From: a virus
Lineage: Duplodnaviria; Caudoviricetes
IMG/VR virus record: IMGVR_UViG_3300011266_000048
Span: 1-32,135 of that record
Length of the DNA: 32,135 bases
Strand: one strand, 5' to 3'
Of the stretch, positions 7,324 through 14,857 are shown piece after piece; within the stretch, counting starts at the first letter, position 1; every line of letters begins with the position of its first letter. A program made the translations under genes and the position numbers. Under the pieces are notes generated by a model. The model did not search any database. It was given only the letters and a program-made list of their open reading frames with translations, and was not told the origin of the DNA.

Positions 7324-7449
7324 GGAGATAGACATAGACTATTATTGATGTAGGTGTGGGTTCAAGTCCCATCTTCCCCGCTCATGGGGAGGTAGCTTAA
7401 TGGAAGAGCGACAGAGATTATACAATATGGAACATTCGTGAAATCCTCC
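7324..7449 (+). ncRNA. circularly permuted tRNA-like module in scaffold family B
   Basis: GTGGG-TTCAAGT-CCCAT, CTTCCCC-gctcat-GGGGAGG, GCTT-AATGGAA-GAGC; ends GGAGATAGAC / TTCGTGAAATCCTCC. Confidence 0.8.
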
Positions 7450-7465
7450 ATTTCTTTTTTTCAAA

Positions 7466-7493
7466 TTGACAAAATCATAGACTTTGCTATGAT
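7466..7493 (+). promoter_or_regulatory. sigma70-like promoter
   Basis: TTGACA-N16-TATGAT with TG extension. Confidence 0.7.
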
Positions 7494-7616
7494 AATGACA
7501 TGATTTACAAAGATGCCTAGAAAGCTGAACCAAGGGCTTTAACTCCTATCCCCATTGGAGTGGCCGCTTATAAAGTAATACTTGGCTCTTGGCATGTAGC
7601 AAAGCATTTCAATTTT

Positions 7617-7823
7617 ATGAATGTTTCAATTGGTGATAAAATCAAATTTCGACTTGATGATGGATATGTTAACGAAGGGTATGTGTATCAGGTAAAGAAT
7701 GATACATCTATCGCGGTTTCCCAAAATAGACATTGGACAACAATTGGGTTTGCTCAAAATTGGATTGTAAGAAAAGATCAAATAACAGAAAATTTTGGAA
7801 AATGCGATGGGTGTTCATTTTAA
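7617..7823 (+). CDS. hypothetical protein
   Basis: ORF track, ATG after structured leader. Confidence 0.55.
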   Translation: MNVSIGDKIKFRLDDGYVNEGYVYQVKNDTSIAVSQNRHWTTIGFAQNWIVRKDQITENFGKCDGCSF

Positions 7824-7954
7824 TACTTTTGTCAGGTTGTACAACAGTAGATACTCAACCATTGACTAAAGAAGAACGAGTAGAACGAATTCAAAGCTGG
7901 TCGCTTCCAACATCCAATCCATGGTTTTGGAATAATTATGAAACTACACCTTAA
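7802..7954 (+). CDS. small putative lipoprotein
   Basis: MRWVFILILLSG-C lipobox. Confidence 0.55.
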   Translation: MRWVFILILLSGCTTVDTQPLTKEERVERIQSWSLPTSNPWFWNNYETTP

Positions 7955-8156
7955 ATTTAATAAAGAAGATTTTGAAAACATGCGGGCGTTTGATAAAGCT
8001 GTAAAACGACAGCTTGGAAATAATGTCTATGCTGGCACAGACTCATTGTGCTTTTATTTTGAATATCCAAAAGAATTGAAAGCAATGCTTAGACCATTTC
8101 CATCAGTTGAACAATTAGAATTTGATTTAGTATCTTCTTTGCCAGATACTAAATAA
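7938..8156 (+). CDS. hypothetical protein
   Basis: ORF track. Confidence 0.6.
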   Translation: MKLHLKFNKEDFENMRAFDKAVKRQLGNNVYAGTDSLCFYFEYPKELKAMLRPFPSVEQLEFDLVSSLPDTK

Positions 8157-8157
8157 T

Positions 8158-8233
8158 GCCTCGATAGCTCAATTGGAAGAGCAGCAGACTCTTAATCTGT
8201 TTGTTCAGGGTTCAAGTCCCTGTCGGGGTACCA
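8158..8233 (+). tRNA. tRNA-Lys(CTT)
   Basis: GCAGA-CTCTTAA-TCTGT, TTCAAGT, ACCA. Confidence 0.95.
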
Positions 8234-8261
8234 TTTTTATTGATGATTGCTATTTATTGAT

Positions 8262-8393
8262 ATGAAATTATGGCATTGGGTGAAATCATTGTTCATGAAA
8301 TCAAAAGACGATGAAATCGTGGTAGTTCATTTTAGATTGCCCGATGGTCGAAAATTTGATATTCATTGTATTAAATGCTTGACAAAACATTGA
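8262..8393 (+). CDS. small hypothetical protein (43 aa)
   Basis: manual translation; CTATTTAT-N4-ATG upstream. Confidence 0.5.
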   Translation: MKLWHWVKSLFMKSKDDEIVVVHFRLPDGRKFDIHCIKCLTKH

Positions 8394-8413
8394 TATATTG
8401 ATACGTTCGTCAT

Positions 8414-8581
8414 GGGCTGATGAAAGTCGGAAAACGGTCCATGACAATATGTGCCATCGGCAGCATTTGACGATAATGGGCCAATCAAGATTTGAGGAAT
8501 TCTTGTCCTAGCCAATTATCATGAGATTGATTAGGTTGACACCAATCGGGTATTGTGGTTCAACTCCACACTCAGCCCACA
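8414..8581 (+). ncRNA. tRNA-like (acceptor + T-arm) RNA with large structured body
   Basis: GGGCTGA/TCAGCCC, TGTGG-TTCAACT-CCACA; TTGACA-N17-TACGTT promoter at 8379-8407. Confidence 0.65.
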
Positions 8582-8649
8582 GATTTTGAGATGTTTTAAA
8601 GAATGCGATTGAGTCATTTTTTATGACTTTAACTTCAATATGTATATGA

Positions 8650-9033
8650 GTGAAAGAAAAAATATTGGAGTTAAAAAAGCTTGGAAAAAATCATGGTGAA
8701 ATTGCAAACATTTTAGGATGTTCTAAAGCAACCGTTTCGTATCATACATCGGAACATGTCCGAAATGGGTTTAAAGCGAGGCGAAATAAAAATAGAAAAA
8801 AAGCTAACATAGAGTTAAAAACCCAATATGGTGGACGATGTGCAGTTTGTGGTTATAGCAAATCTATGTCGGCGTTAGATTTTCACCATAAAGACGAAAC
8901 AACTAAAAGTGGACAAGTGTCTTACTTCATAAGACAATTTGGAAAAGAAAGAGCGGCTGAAGAAGCAAAAAAATGTATATTGCTGTGTAGCAATTGTCAT
9001 CATGAAGTCCACGATGGACTATTAAAAATTTAA
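8650..9033 (+). CDS. HTH-HNH endonuclease
   Basis: N-terminal HTH (EIANILGCSKATVSYH); GGRCAVCGY...LDFHH...KCILLCSNCHHEVH. Confidence 0.88.
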   Translation: MKEKILELKKLGKNHGEIANILGCSKATVSYHTSEHVRNGFKARRNKNRKKANIELKTQYGGRCAVCGYSKSMSALDFHHKDETTKSGQVSYFIRQFGKERAAEEAKKCILLCSNCHHEVHDGLLKI

Positions 9034-9108
9034 CAGTGTGTAGCCTAAAAGTGAGGCACTTGTTTCGGGGACAAGATCAAATGGGAGCATTACCCATCAC
9101 ACTGACCA
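9034..9108 (+). tRNA. tRNA-Pro(CGG), non-canonical T-loop
   Basis: CAGTGTG/CACACTG, CTTGT-TTCGGGG-ACAAG, T-loop AGCATTA, ACCA. Confidence 0.9.
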
Positions 9109-9112
9109 TTTT

Positions 9113-9276
9113 TGACAGTATGGATAAGTCGGTAAACCCGTTCGTGCGGCTTATGGGCGGGATGTATGTAGCCATCAAGACAACTAGTTAACGCCGCCGA
9201 TCTTGAATGGAAGCAATAGACGAGATTAGTATGATGTTTTATTCGGGAAACCGAGTCAGAAAATCGCATACTGTTA
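9113..9276 (+). ncRNA. unclassified structured RNA
   Basis: closing stem TGACAGTATG/CATACTGTTA with three internal hairpins, one GAAA-capped. Confidence 0.6.
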
Positions 9277-9277
9277 T

Positions 9278-9354
9278 GGCACCTTAGACCAATGGAAGGA
9301 GTCATCTGTCTCAAAAACAGAGTAGTATGGGTTCGAGTCCCATAGGTGCTACCA
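9278..9354 (+). tRNA. tRNA-Leu(CAA), short variable loop
   Basis: TCTGT-CTCAAAA-ACAGA, variable GTAGT, ACCA. Confidence 0.9.
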
Positions 9355-9429
9355 ATTTATGATACTAACGGAACGGGTTTGGTTCCCGCTAGTCGTATGA
9401 GGAATGGAGTCATGTTTTAGTATCATTAT

Positions 9430-9506
9430 GGTGTCGTAGACCAATAGAAGGAGTCGCTCGGTTTAGACCCGAGAATGTGCAGGTGCAACCCCTGTCGGCA
9501 CTACCA
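9430..9506 (+). tRNA. tRNA-Leu(TAG), short variable loop
   Basis: CTCGG-TTTAGAC-CCGAG, variable AATGT, T-loop TGCAACC, ACCA. Confidence 0.9.
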
Positions 9507-9514
9507 ATTTTGTT

Positions 9515-9802
9515 ATGAAAGTTATACTTCCAGCACAGGCAATACCAGCGGGTTCTACTGTGACAAAAATCACAGGACAAAAAGCATATATTCTTCGGGA
9601 TGACATCAAAATTTATGGTTCTGTTAATCCTGAACAACAGGAAATGCTGCGTGAATTGCGAGCAGATAAAGGAACCCGCTTTATGGTATCCAGCGATGGG
9701 AATATTAGCATTGTGGCTGGAGAAAGCGAATTGATTTGGCACGTTGATGCTGACGAGTTATATCGCTACATGTATCATTTAACTCAAGTAGACAACAAAT
9801 AA
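9515..9802 (+). CDS. hypothetical protein
   Basis: ORF track. Confidence 0.65.
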   Translation: MKVILPAQAIPAGSTVTKITGQKAYILRDDIKIYGSVNPEQQEMLRELRADKGTRFMVSSDGNISIVAGESELIWHVDADELYRYMYHLTQVDNK

Positions 9803-10367
9803 GGCTACATAGACCAATGGAAGGAGTTAATAAAATAAAAATAAGCAATTCCTTCTTTTCTTCATATTTATTAATATGAAGAATACATATACAAAAGAAT
9901 TTTTAACTAAAGCCGTATCCGAAGCATCATCAATGATTGATTTAATGCGACGACTTGAAATAAAATACAATGGTGGAAATCATACTTATTTAAAAGCAAG
10001 AATTAAAAAATGGAATATAGATTGTACTCATTTTTCAAGACGGGGTGTTAATAAAGGGAAAATTCCATCTAATAAAAAACATTGGACTGAAGTTTTAATT
10101 GAGAATACTGAATATAAAATATGTACCGAACGTTTAAGAAAAGCATTAATTGAAAGTGGGGTTCCATATCATTGTATTGAGTGTGGACAATCTACCATTT
10201 GGAATAAAAAACCACTGGTAATTCAAATTGATCATATTGATGGAAATAGTCTTAATAATTGCCGAGACAATTTAAGATTTTTATGTCCAAATTGCCACAG
10301 TCAAACAGATACATTTGGATCTAAAAATAAATGTCCCATATGAGTTCGAGTCTCACTGTAGCCACCA
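9803..10367 (+). pseudogene. tRNA-Leu-like gene split by an HNH gene
   Basis: 5' half GGCTACA-TAGACCAATGGAAGGAGTT (9803-9828); 3' half T-arm + TGTAGCC-A-CCA (10340-10367). Confidence 0.8.
9876..10343 (+). CDS. HNH homing endonuclease
   Basis: CIECG...QIDHIDGNSLNNCRDNLRFLCPNCHSQT. Confidence 0.92.
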   Translation: MKNTYTKEFLTKAVSEASSMIDLMRRLEIKYNGGNHTYLKARIKKWNIDCTHFSRRGVNKGKIPSNKKHWTEVLIENTEYKICTERLRKALIESGVPYHCIECGQSTIWNKKPLVIQIDHIDGNSLNNCRDNLRFLCPNCHSQTDTFGSKNKCPI

Positions 10368-10371
10368 ATTT

Positions 10372-11194
10372 ATGGACGACGAATTAACAAACGAGGAAGA
10401 AGAAAGGATGCTTGCTTTTCGTCGTGCCGGTGGAGATTGTATTTGTAACATTTGTGGCAAACGGTATTATGACCACAAAGCCTACGAACCTTCACGTAAA
10501 ACCAGCACATACAATAGTCCATGGCTAAAAGAATTGTGCAATGGAGATTTAGTAAAATTATGAATAAAGAAATACCGGAAATTGAGGCATATAGATTTTG
10601 GCGTTGGACTACCAACGCCTCACAGGTCTCATTTGAGCAGTTTAAAGAGAACCTCTTGAGAAATGGATATGTTATTTATAGCGTGGAGAATGAGGGAGTT
10701 TTAAATGAACCCAAGCGAAAAAAGAATTAAACACGAAGAAGAATACATTGCATTTTTAGAGCGTCGATTGAAGAGTGCTAATTTCAAAAAGAATGTCAGT
10801 TTAGAAGAGTACGAAAAAACTGAACAAAAGCTTAAAAAAGCAAAACTTGTTTTAAGAATGTTAAAATAATTATATGAAAGGCGACTCAACAGCTAAGGTC
10901 ATTTATAGAAAAGACGACCCCTTTGATACAACAGTTAAGTTCTCCAATGGAACCGAAGTAAAGTGTAAAATGCAGATTAACAAGGGGTGTTTAACAATAA
11001 AGTATAAGGAAGAAACAGTGAACGGTGGCTTTAGTCTTCCAAAAGATATTGTAAAAAATGATGGTTGGTGTTCCACCACGTTAATCGAGAAGAATGTAGC
11101 ACGGTTTGTTAAGTTTCGCATTACTTCCGAACCAGAATTTTACCAAGAAGGTGGATGTATCATCATTGAATTTACAGTAGATGAATTTGAATGA
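10372..11194 (+). other. four small hypothetical CDS (10372-10563, 10560-10730, 10705-10869, 10874-11194)
   Basis: tightly packed or overlapping ORFs; third found by manual translation. Confidence 0.6.
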
Positions 11195-11199
11195 TTTAT

Positions 11200-11273
11200 G
11201 GCCCTATAGATTAGTAGCAGATCGCTGGACTTTCAATCCGGAAGGTGCGGAGCGTAACCGCATAGGGATACCA
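11200..11273 (+). tRNA. tRNA-Glu(TTC), non-canonical T-loop
   Basis: CTGGA-CTTTCAA-TCCGG, T-loop AGCGTAA, ACCA; one acceptor mismatch. Confidence 0.85.
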
Positions 11274-11286
11274 CTTTATCTTTGAT

Positions 11287-12597
11287 GGGAGCAGAAAACC
11301 CCTCTGCTTTAGCGGAGGGGATGAATGCGACCCACAAAAATAGTTCATCATTTTGAGAAAGTGTGTAATATGTATGTTGTAGAATGTATAATCGTGCCTA
11401 CAAATATAGAATATACCCCAACAAGGGACAGGAAGTTCTATTGTCCAAACATTTTGGACATTGTAGGTTCATCTATAATCACTTTCTTGCCATAAAGATT
11501 AAACATTACAAGGAAACCAAGAAAACATTGAACTGGCAGGATATGGCAACTGAACTTCCAAAATTGAAGGATGAATATGAATGGTTGAGTGAGATTGGAA
11601 GTCAATCTCTCCAACAATCCATTCTCAATTTGGACCGAGCATACACTGCCTTCTTTCGTTCTGGTTCTGGATTTCCCAAGTTCAAGTCAAAAAAGTATGC
11701 TCGTAAGTCATTCATTGTTCCAATGACGAACAACAACATTAAGTTGAACTACGACACGAAACGATTGGTCATTCCAAAGTTTCGTAGCGGGATAAAGTGT
11801 GTCTTTGACCGACAGGCAGAAGGAACGATTAAGCAAGCAATCGTATCACAAGACAGAGATGGAAAATACTATGTCTCCATTTTGGTAGAAGTGGACAAGG
11901 AATTGCCGAAGAAACCAACACCAAAGAGAGACAAGGCAATCGGAATAGATTTTGGAGTCAAAACATTCTTAACACTTAACGATGGAACAAAGATTGAGAA
12001 CCCGAAAGTATTGAAACAATCTGCCAATAAGTTAGCGAAACACCAGCAAGATTTAGAGACATTAACCAAAGGTTCCACTGCTCACATAAGCAAGCAAGAG
12101 CAGATAACGAAACTCCATAGTAAAATAGCAAGACAACGAAAAGATTTCTTGGATAAACTCTCATACAAACTAACTCACGATAACCAAGTGAATAATACGA
12201 TTTGTATTGAGGATTTGTCCATAAAAAACATGCAAACGGACAATTACAAAGCAACTAACAATCGGATTGCCGATTATGCTTGGGGAAAGTTCGTTAATAT
12301 GTTGCAATATAAGAGTGATTGGTATGGCAAGAACTTTCTTAAAATAGGAAGATTTGAACCATCCAGTAAAATGTGTTCCGAATGTGGATATGTAAATCAT
12401 TTTCTTACATTAGATGATAGAGAATGGAATTGCCCCATTTGTAACACAAATCACGATAGAGATATGAATGCGGCGAAGAATATCGTGGACTTTGCATTTC
12501 CGAAAACACAGTTTAATAAGGGTAGGAACTACCCTATAGAAACTCACAACTATTGTTTGGTGGGAAACCCACCTGCTTTAGCGGGTGGGTAGTTCAT
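11287..12597 (+). mobile_element. IS200/IS605-family tnpB-only element
   Basis: TTGAT at 11282-11286; near-identical subterminal hairpins 11299-11320 and 12568-12589; right end GTAGTTCAT. Confidence 0.85.
11384..12592 (+). CDS. tnpB: TnpB RNA-guided nuclease
   Basis: RAYKYRIYP N-terminus, RuvC GIDFG / IEDL / HDRDMNAA, CSECG..CPIC finger. Confidence 0.95.
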   Translation: MYNRAYKYRIYPNKGQEVLLSKHFGHCRFIYNHFLAIKIKHYKETKKTLNWQDMATELPKLKDEYEWLSEIGSQSLQQSILNLDRAYTAFFRSGSGFPKFKSKKYARKSFIVPMTNNNIKLNYDTKRLVIPKFRSGIKCVFDRQAEGTIKQAIVSQDRDGKYYVSILVEVDKELPKKPTPKRDKAIGIDFGVKTFLTLNDGTKIENPKVLKQSANKLAKHQQDLETLTKGSTAHISKQEQITKLHSKIARQRKDFLDKLSYKLTHDNQVNNTICIEDLSIKNMQTDNYKATNNRIADYAWGKFVNMLQYKSDWYGKNFLKIGRFEPSSKMCSECGYVNHFLTLDDREWNCPICNTNHDRDMNAAKNIVDFAFPKTQFNKGRNYPIETHNYCLVGNPPALAGG

Positions 12598-12952
12598 GAG
12601 ACGTTGGATATACCAACCCTATAATACAAATTTGTGTGGACAAATTGCAGTTGCAGTTGTTGCAGGTATTTCGTTGGAAAAATCTATTGAATTGTTTGGA
12701 AAACAGGGTTGCACTCGGACAAAAGAACTTGTAAAAGTTTTGCGACAAATTGGGTTTGAATGTCCTGACAAGCTTCAACGCAAAAGAACAAATTTGTGTA
12801 TTGCAAAGCTAACCTATCCAAATAAACGTTCGCACTGGATAGTAATGGATGGGGACAAAATTTTTGATGGTTGTAATGGCAATGAACATGGAAGTGTAAC
12901 GTGGAATTCTGATTGGAAAGTAACTTCCTATCTTCCCATTACTAAAATTTAA
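12596..12952 (+). CDS. C39-like cysteine peptidase domain protein
   Basis: Q-x6-CG...HWIV...IFD spacing. Confidence 0.6.
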   Translation: MRRWIYQPYNTNLCGQIAVAVVAGISLEKSIELFGKQGCTRTKELVKVLRQIGFECPDKLQRKRTNLCIAKLTYPNKRSHWIVMDGDKIFDGCNGNEHGSVTWNSDWKVTSYLPITKI

Positions 12953-12953
12953 T

Positions 12954-13035
12954 GGACACGTAATGGCGCTGCCTTCTAAGCAGAATGTGCATAATGGAAA
13001 TGAAAATGTGGGTTCGAGTCCCACCGTGTCTACCA
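12954..13035 (+). tRNA. D-armless tRNA-Arg(TCT)-like
   Basis: GGACACG/CGTGTCT-A-CCA, CTGC-CTTCTAA-GCAG, canonical T-arm, 8-nt connector instead of a D-arm. Confidence 0.7.
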
Positions 13036-13043
13036 TTTTAAGG

Positions 13044-13071
13044 TTGACAATTGTATAGACTAAGATAAGAT
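13044..13071 (+). promoter_or_regulatory. sigma70-like promoter
   Basis: TTGACA-N16-TAAGAT just upstream of a tRNA. Confidence 0.65.
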
Positions 13072-13080
13072 AACATTAAT

Positions 13081-13157
13081 GCTCTCATAGCTCAAATGGA
13101 ATAGAGCATCCCTCTCCTAAAGGGAAGATCTCGGTTTAATTCCGAGTGAGAGTACCA
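13081..13157 (+). tRNA. tRNA-Arg(CCT)
   Basis: TCCCT-CTCCTAA-AGGGA, GCTCTCA/TGAGAGT, ACCA. Confidence 0.93.
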
Positions 13158-13162
13158 AATTT

Positions 13163-13411
13163 ATGTTAGAAATAATTAGATGTAAAAATTGTGGAAATTC
13201 TTCAATACCATTGGGGGCTATTACAATCAATGTAACTTTAAAGAAACACACATGGTGTGAACATTGTAAAAATTCTGACACGGCTGAACAACATGCTTTT
13301 TTCTGTTCAAATAAATGTTTTCATGAATATATGAAAAAAGTAATAAATAAGGAAGCAGAATTGAAATGGAAAGAATTGAAAATTATTGATGGAAAAGTAT
13401 CTTATGAATAA
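13163..13411 (+). CDS. Cys-rich hypothetical protein
   Basis: ORF track; CKNC, CEHC, FCSNKC. Confidence 0.65.
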   Translation: MLEIIRCKNCGNSSIPLGAITINVTLKKHTWCEHCKNSDTAEQHAFFCSNKCFHEYMKKVINKEAELKWKELKIIDGKVSYE

Positions 13412-13415
13412 TTTT

Positions 13416-13786
13416 GTCAGTAAGCGGTAGGCATAGAAGCTGCCAGATACGAAAGTATCCGTCAACCTTATGGTTGATGCCGATAATGAGTGACGAACGG
13501 AAAAAAGTAGGAGTGTACAACCGAAATTAAGCGTGCTGAACAACCCGTGATAGTCAGCCGTAAAAACCGTGGGGAAAAAGCAACAGTTCCGGTAACGACA
13601 AGATGGTGAACGTACTAACGAAGAATTCTACTATCTTGCCCGAGAAAGGCTGTAAAGCCATGATAATTGGTATGTTACGCTAGTACGAGAGGAATTCGTA
13701 ACTAAGTATCCGAGAGTAACGGTAGGGTAGGATTACAATGCCAGTTATCGCCCTTAGAGTCTTTGGCGTAAAAGCACATTACTGAT
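13416..13786 (+). ncRNA. large unclassified structured RNA (about 370 nt)
   Basis: closing stem GTCAGTAA/TTACTGAT, many hairpins, no + strand ORF. Confidence 0.65.
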
Positions 13787-13807
13787 ACTATTTGATAGCA
13801 GATTAAT

Positions 13808-13882
13808 TGAGGTTTCGTATAACGGTTATTACCTCTGACTTTGGATCAGAAGATGAAGGTTCGACTCCTTCAACCTCAGCCA
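13808..13882 (+). tRNA. tRNA-Gln(TTG)
   Basis: TCTGA-CTTTGGA-TCAGA, TGAGGTT/AACCTCA, GCCA. Confidence 0.95.
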
Positions 13883-14049
13883 TTTAATAAATGAATAGTT
13901 TTATGAACGAAAATAAGACATTAAAAGCACTACATAGTGTAGTAGATGATTGGGAATTTATTGAAATTATATTATTTATTTTATTTATTCCTATTTCATT
14001 GGTATATCTTGGAATTAGAGTATTTCAAGAGATTGAATGAATATAGTTC

Positions 14050-14080
14050 TTGACATTTGGTCATGGTCTGCTATATTTAT
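14050..14080 (+). promoter_or_regulatory. sigma70-like promoter overlapping ATATTTAT motif
   Basis: TTGACA-N16-TATATT; ATATTTAT at 14073-14080. Confidence 0.65.
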
Positions 14081-14091
14081 TGGCAGATATT

Positions 14092-14188
14092 GGAAGGTTA
14101 ACTGGACAGGCGAGCCAGAGCGGTCTTGAAAACCGATTGTCCCTCTGTTATGGATGAGGATGGGTTTCGATTACTCAGCCTTCCGCCA
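14092..14188 (+). tRNA. tRNA-Ser(TGA)
   Basis: CGGT-CTTGAAA-ACCG, long variable arm, GCCA. Confidence 0.9.
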
Positions 14189-14192
14189 ATTT

Positions 14193-14266
14193 CCGGGATT
14201 GTTGTAATGGTAGCGATGTTGATTTACACTCAACCAGAAGAGGTTCAATTCCTCTATCCCGGACCA
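14193..14266 (+). tRNA. tRNA-Val(TAC)
   Basis: GTTGA-TTTACAC-TCAAC, CCGGGAT/ATCCCGG, ACCA. Confidence 0.9.
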
Positions 14267-14270
14267 ATTT

Positions 14271-14642
14271 ATGGAATTTAATAAAGAAAAAATTTTTACT
14301 GAAGTAGATAAATCAAACCATAGGTTTGACCATTATTCTTCTTCAGAACGTAATGAATTACATAAAGTTATTAAAGCTCCTCAATGGCTTAAAAATCAAA
14401 TGGAAGCTGTAAAAAATCGGCCAGCACCATCTCTCGAAAAAGTACATGCTCAATTTGAAGCCTGTGCTAGGATAAGGAAAGAAAACGCTCATTGTCCAAA
14501 ACATAAGGAGTATGATATGATAAATCCCCCACAATGTGATTGTAGTTATTGTTGGGATGCATATGTAGATCGTCATCAAACTCCAGAAGCTGTAAAACTT
14601 TTGTGGGAAGCTATGGACAAATATGATGGACTAAAACTTTAA
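14271..14642 (+). CDS. hypothetical protein
   Basis: ORF track. Confidence 0.65.
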   Translation: MEFNKEKIFTEVDKSNHRFDHYSSSERNELHKVIKAPQWLKNQMEAVKNRPAPSLEKVHAQFEACARIRKENAHCPKHKEYDMINPPQCDCSYCWDAYVDRHQTPEAVKLLWEAMDKYDGLKL

Positions 14643-14764
14643 ACGATCTAAGGTACTCGGTCAATACCGACCATGAGCTAAGTGGTTAAATCCATAGGCA
14701 AGAAACTGTGGCGAACTTGATCCGTGAGTTTTTTAGTGGGTTTGTATGAAAAACTCCACTGTTT

Positions 14765-14852
14765 GGAAGGTTAAGCGAGCAAGGCTCGTCATGGTTTGCT
14801 AAACCAATGGTGCCTGAAAGGGCATGAGAGGCGGGATCTCAGCCTTCCGCCA
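14765..14852 (+). tRNA. tRNA-Ser(GCT), non-canonical T-loop
   Basis: TGGT-TTGCTAA-ACCA, variable arm TGCC/GGCA, T-loop GGCGGGA, GCCA. Confidence 0.88.
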
Positions 14853-14857
14853 ATTTA

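Noticed and set aside
3441-7449. Repeated scaffolds as a CRISPR array
   Set aside because: Irregular spacing, repeats are paired ends of structured RNAs, and no cas genes are present.
8417-8445. CTGATGA...GAAA as a hammerhead ribozyme
   Set aside because: No stem II can form between the two motifs, and CTGA is part of the acceptor stem.
8414-8581. Calling this or 25742-25939 a true tmRNA
   Set aside because: No G3-U70, too short, no convincing tag reading frame.
9829-10339. Group I intron in tRNA-Leu
   Set aside because: The insert is almost entirely ORF, with no P7 or other core elements.
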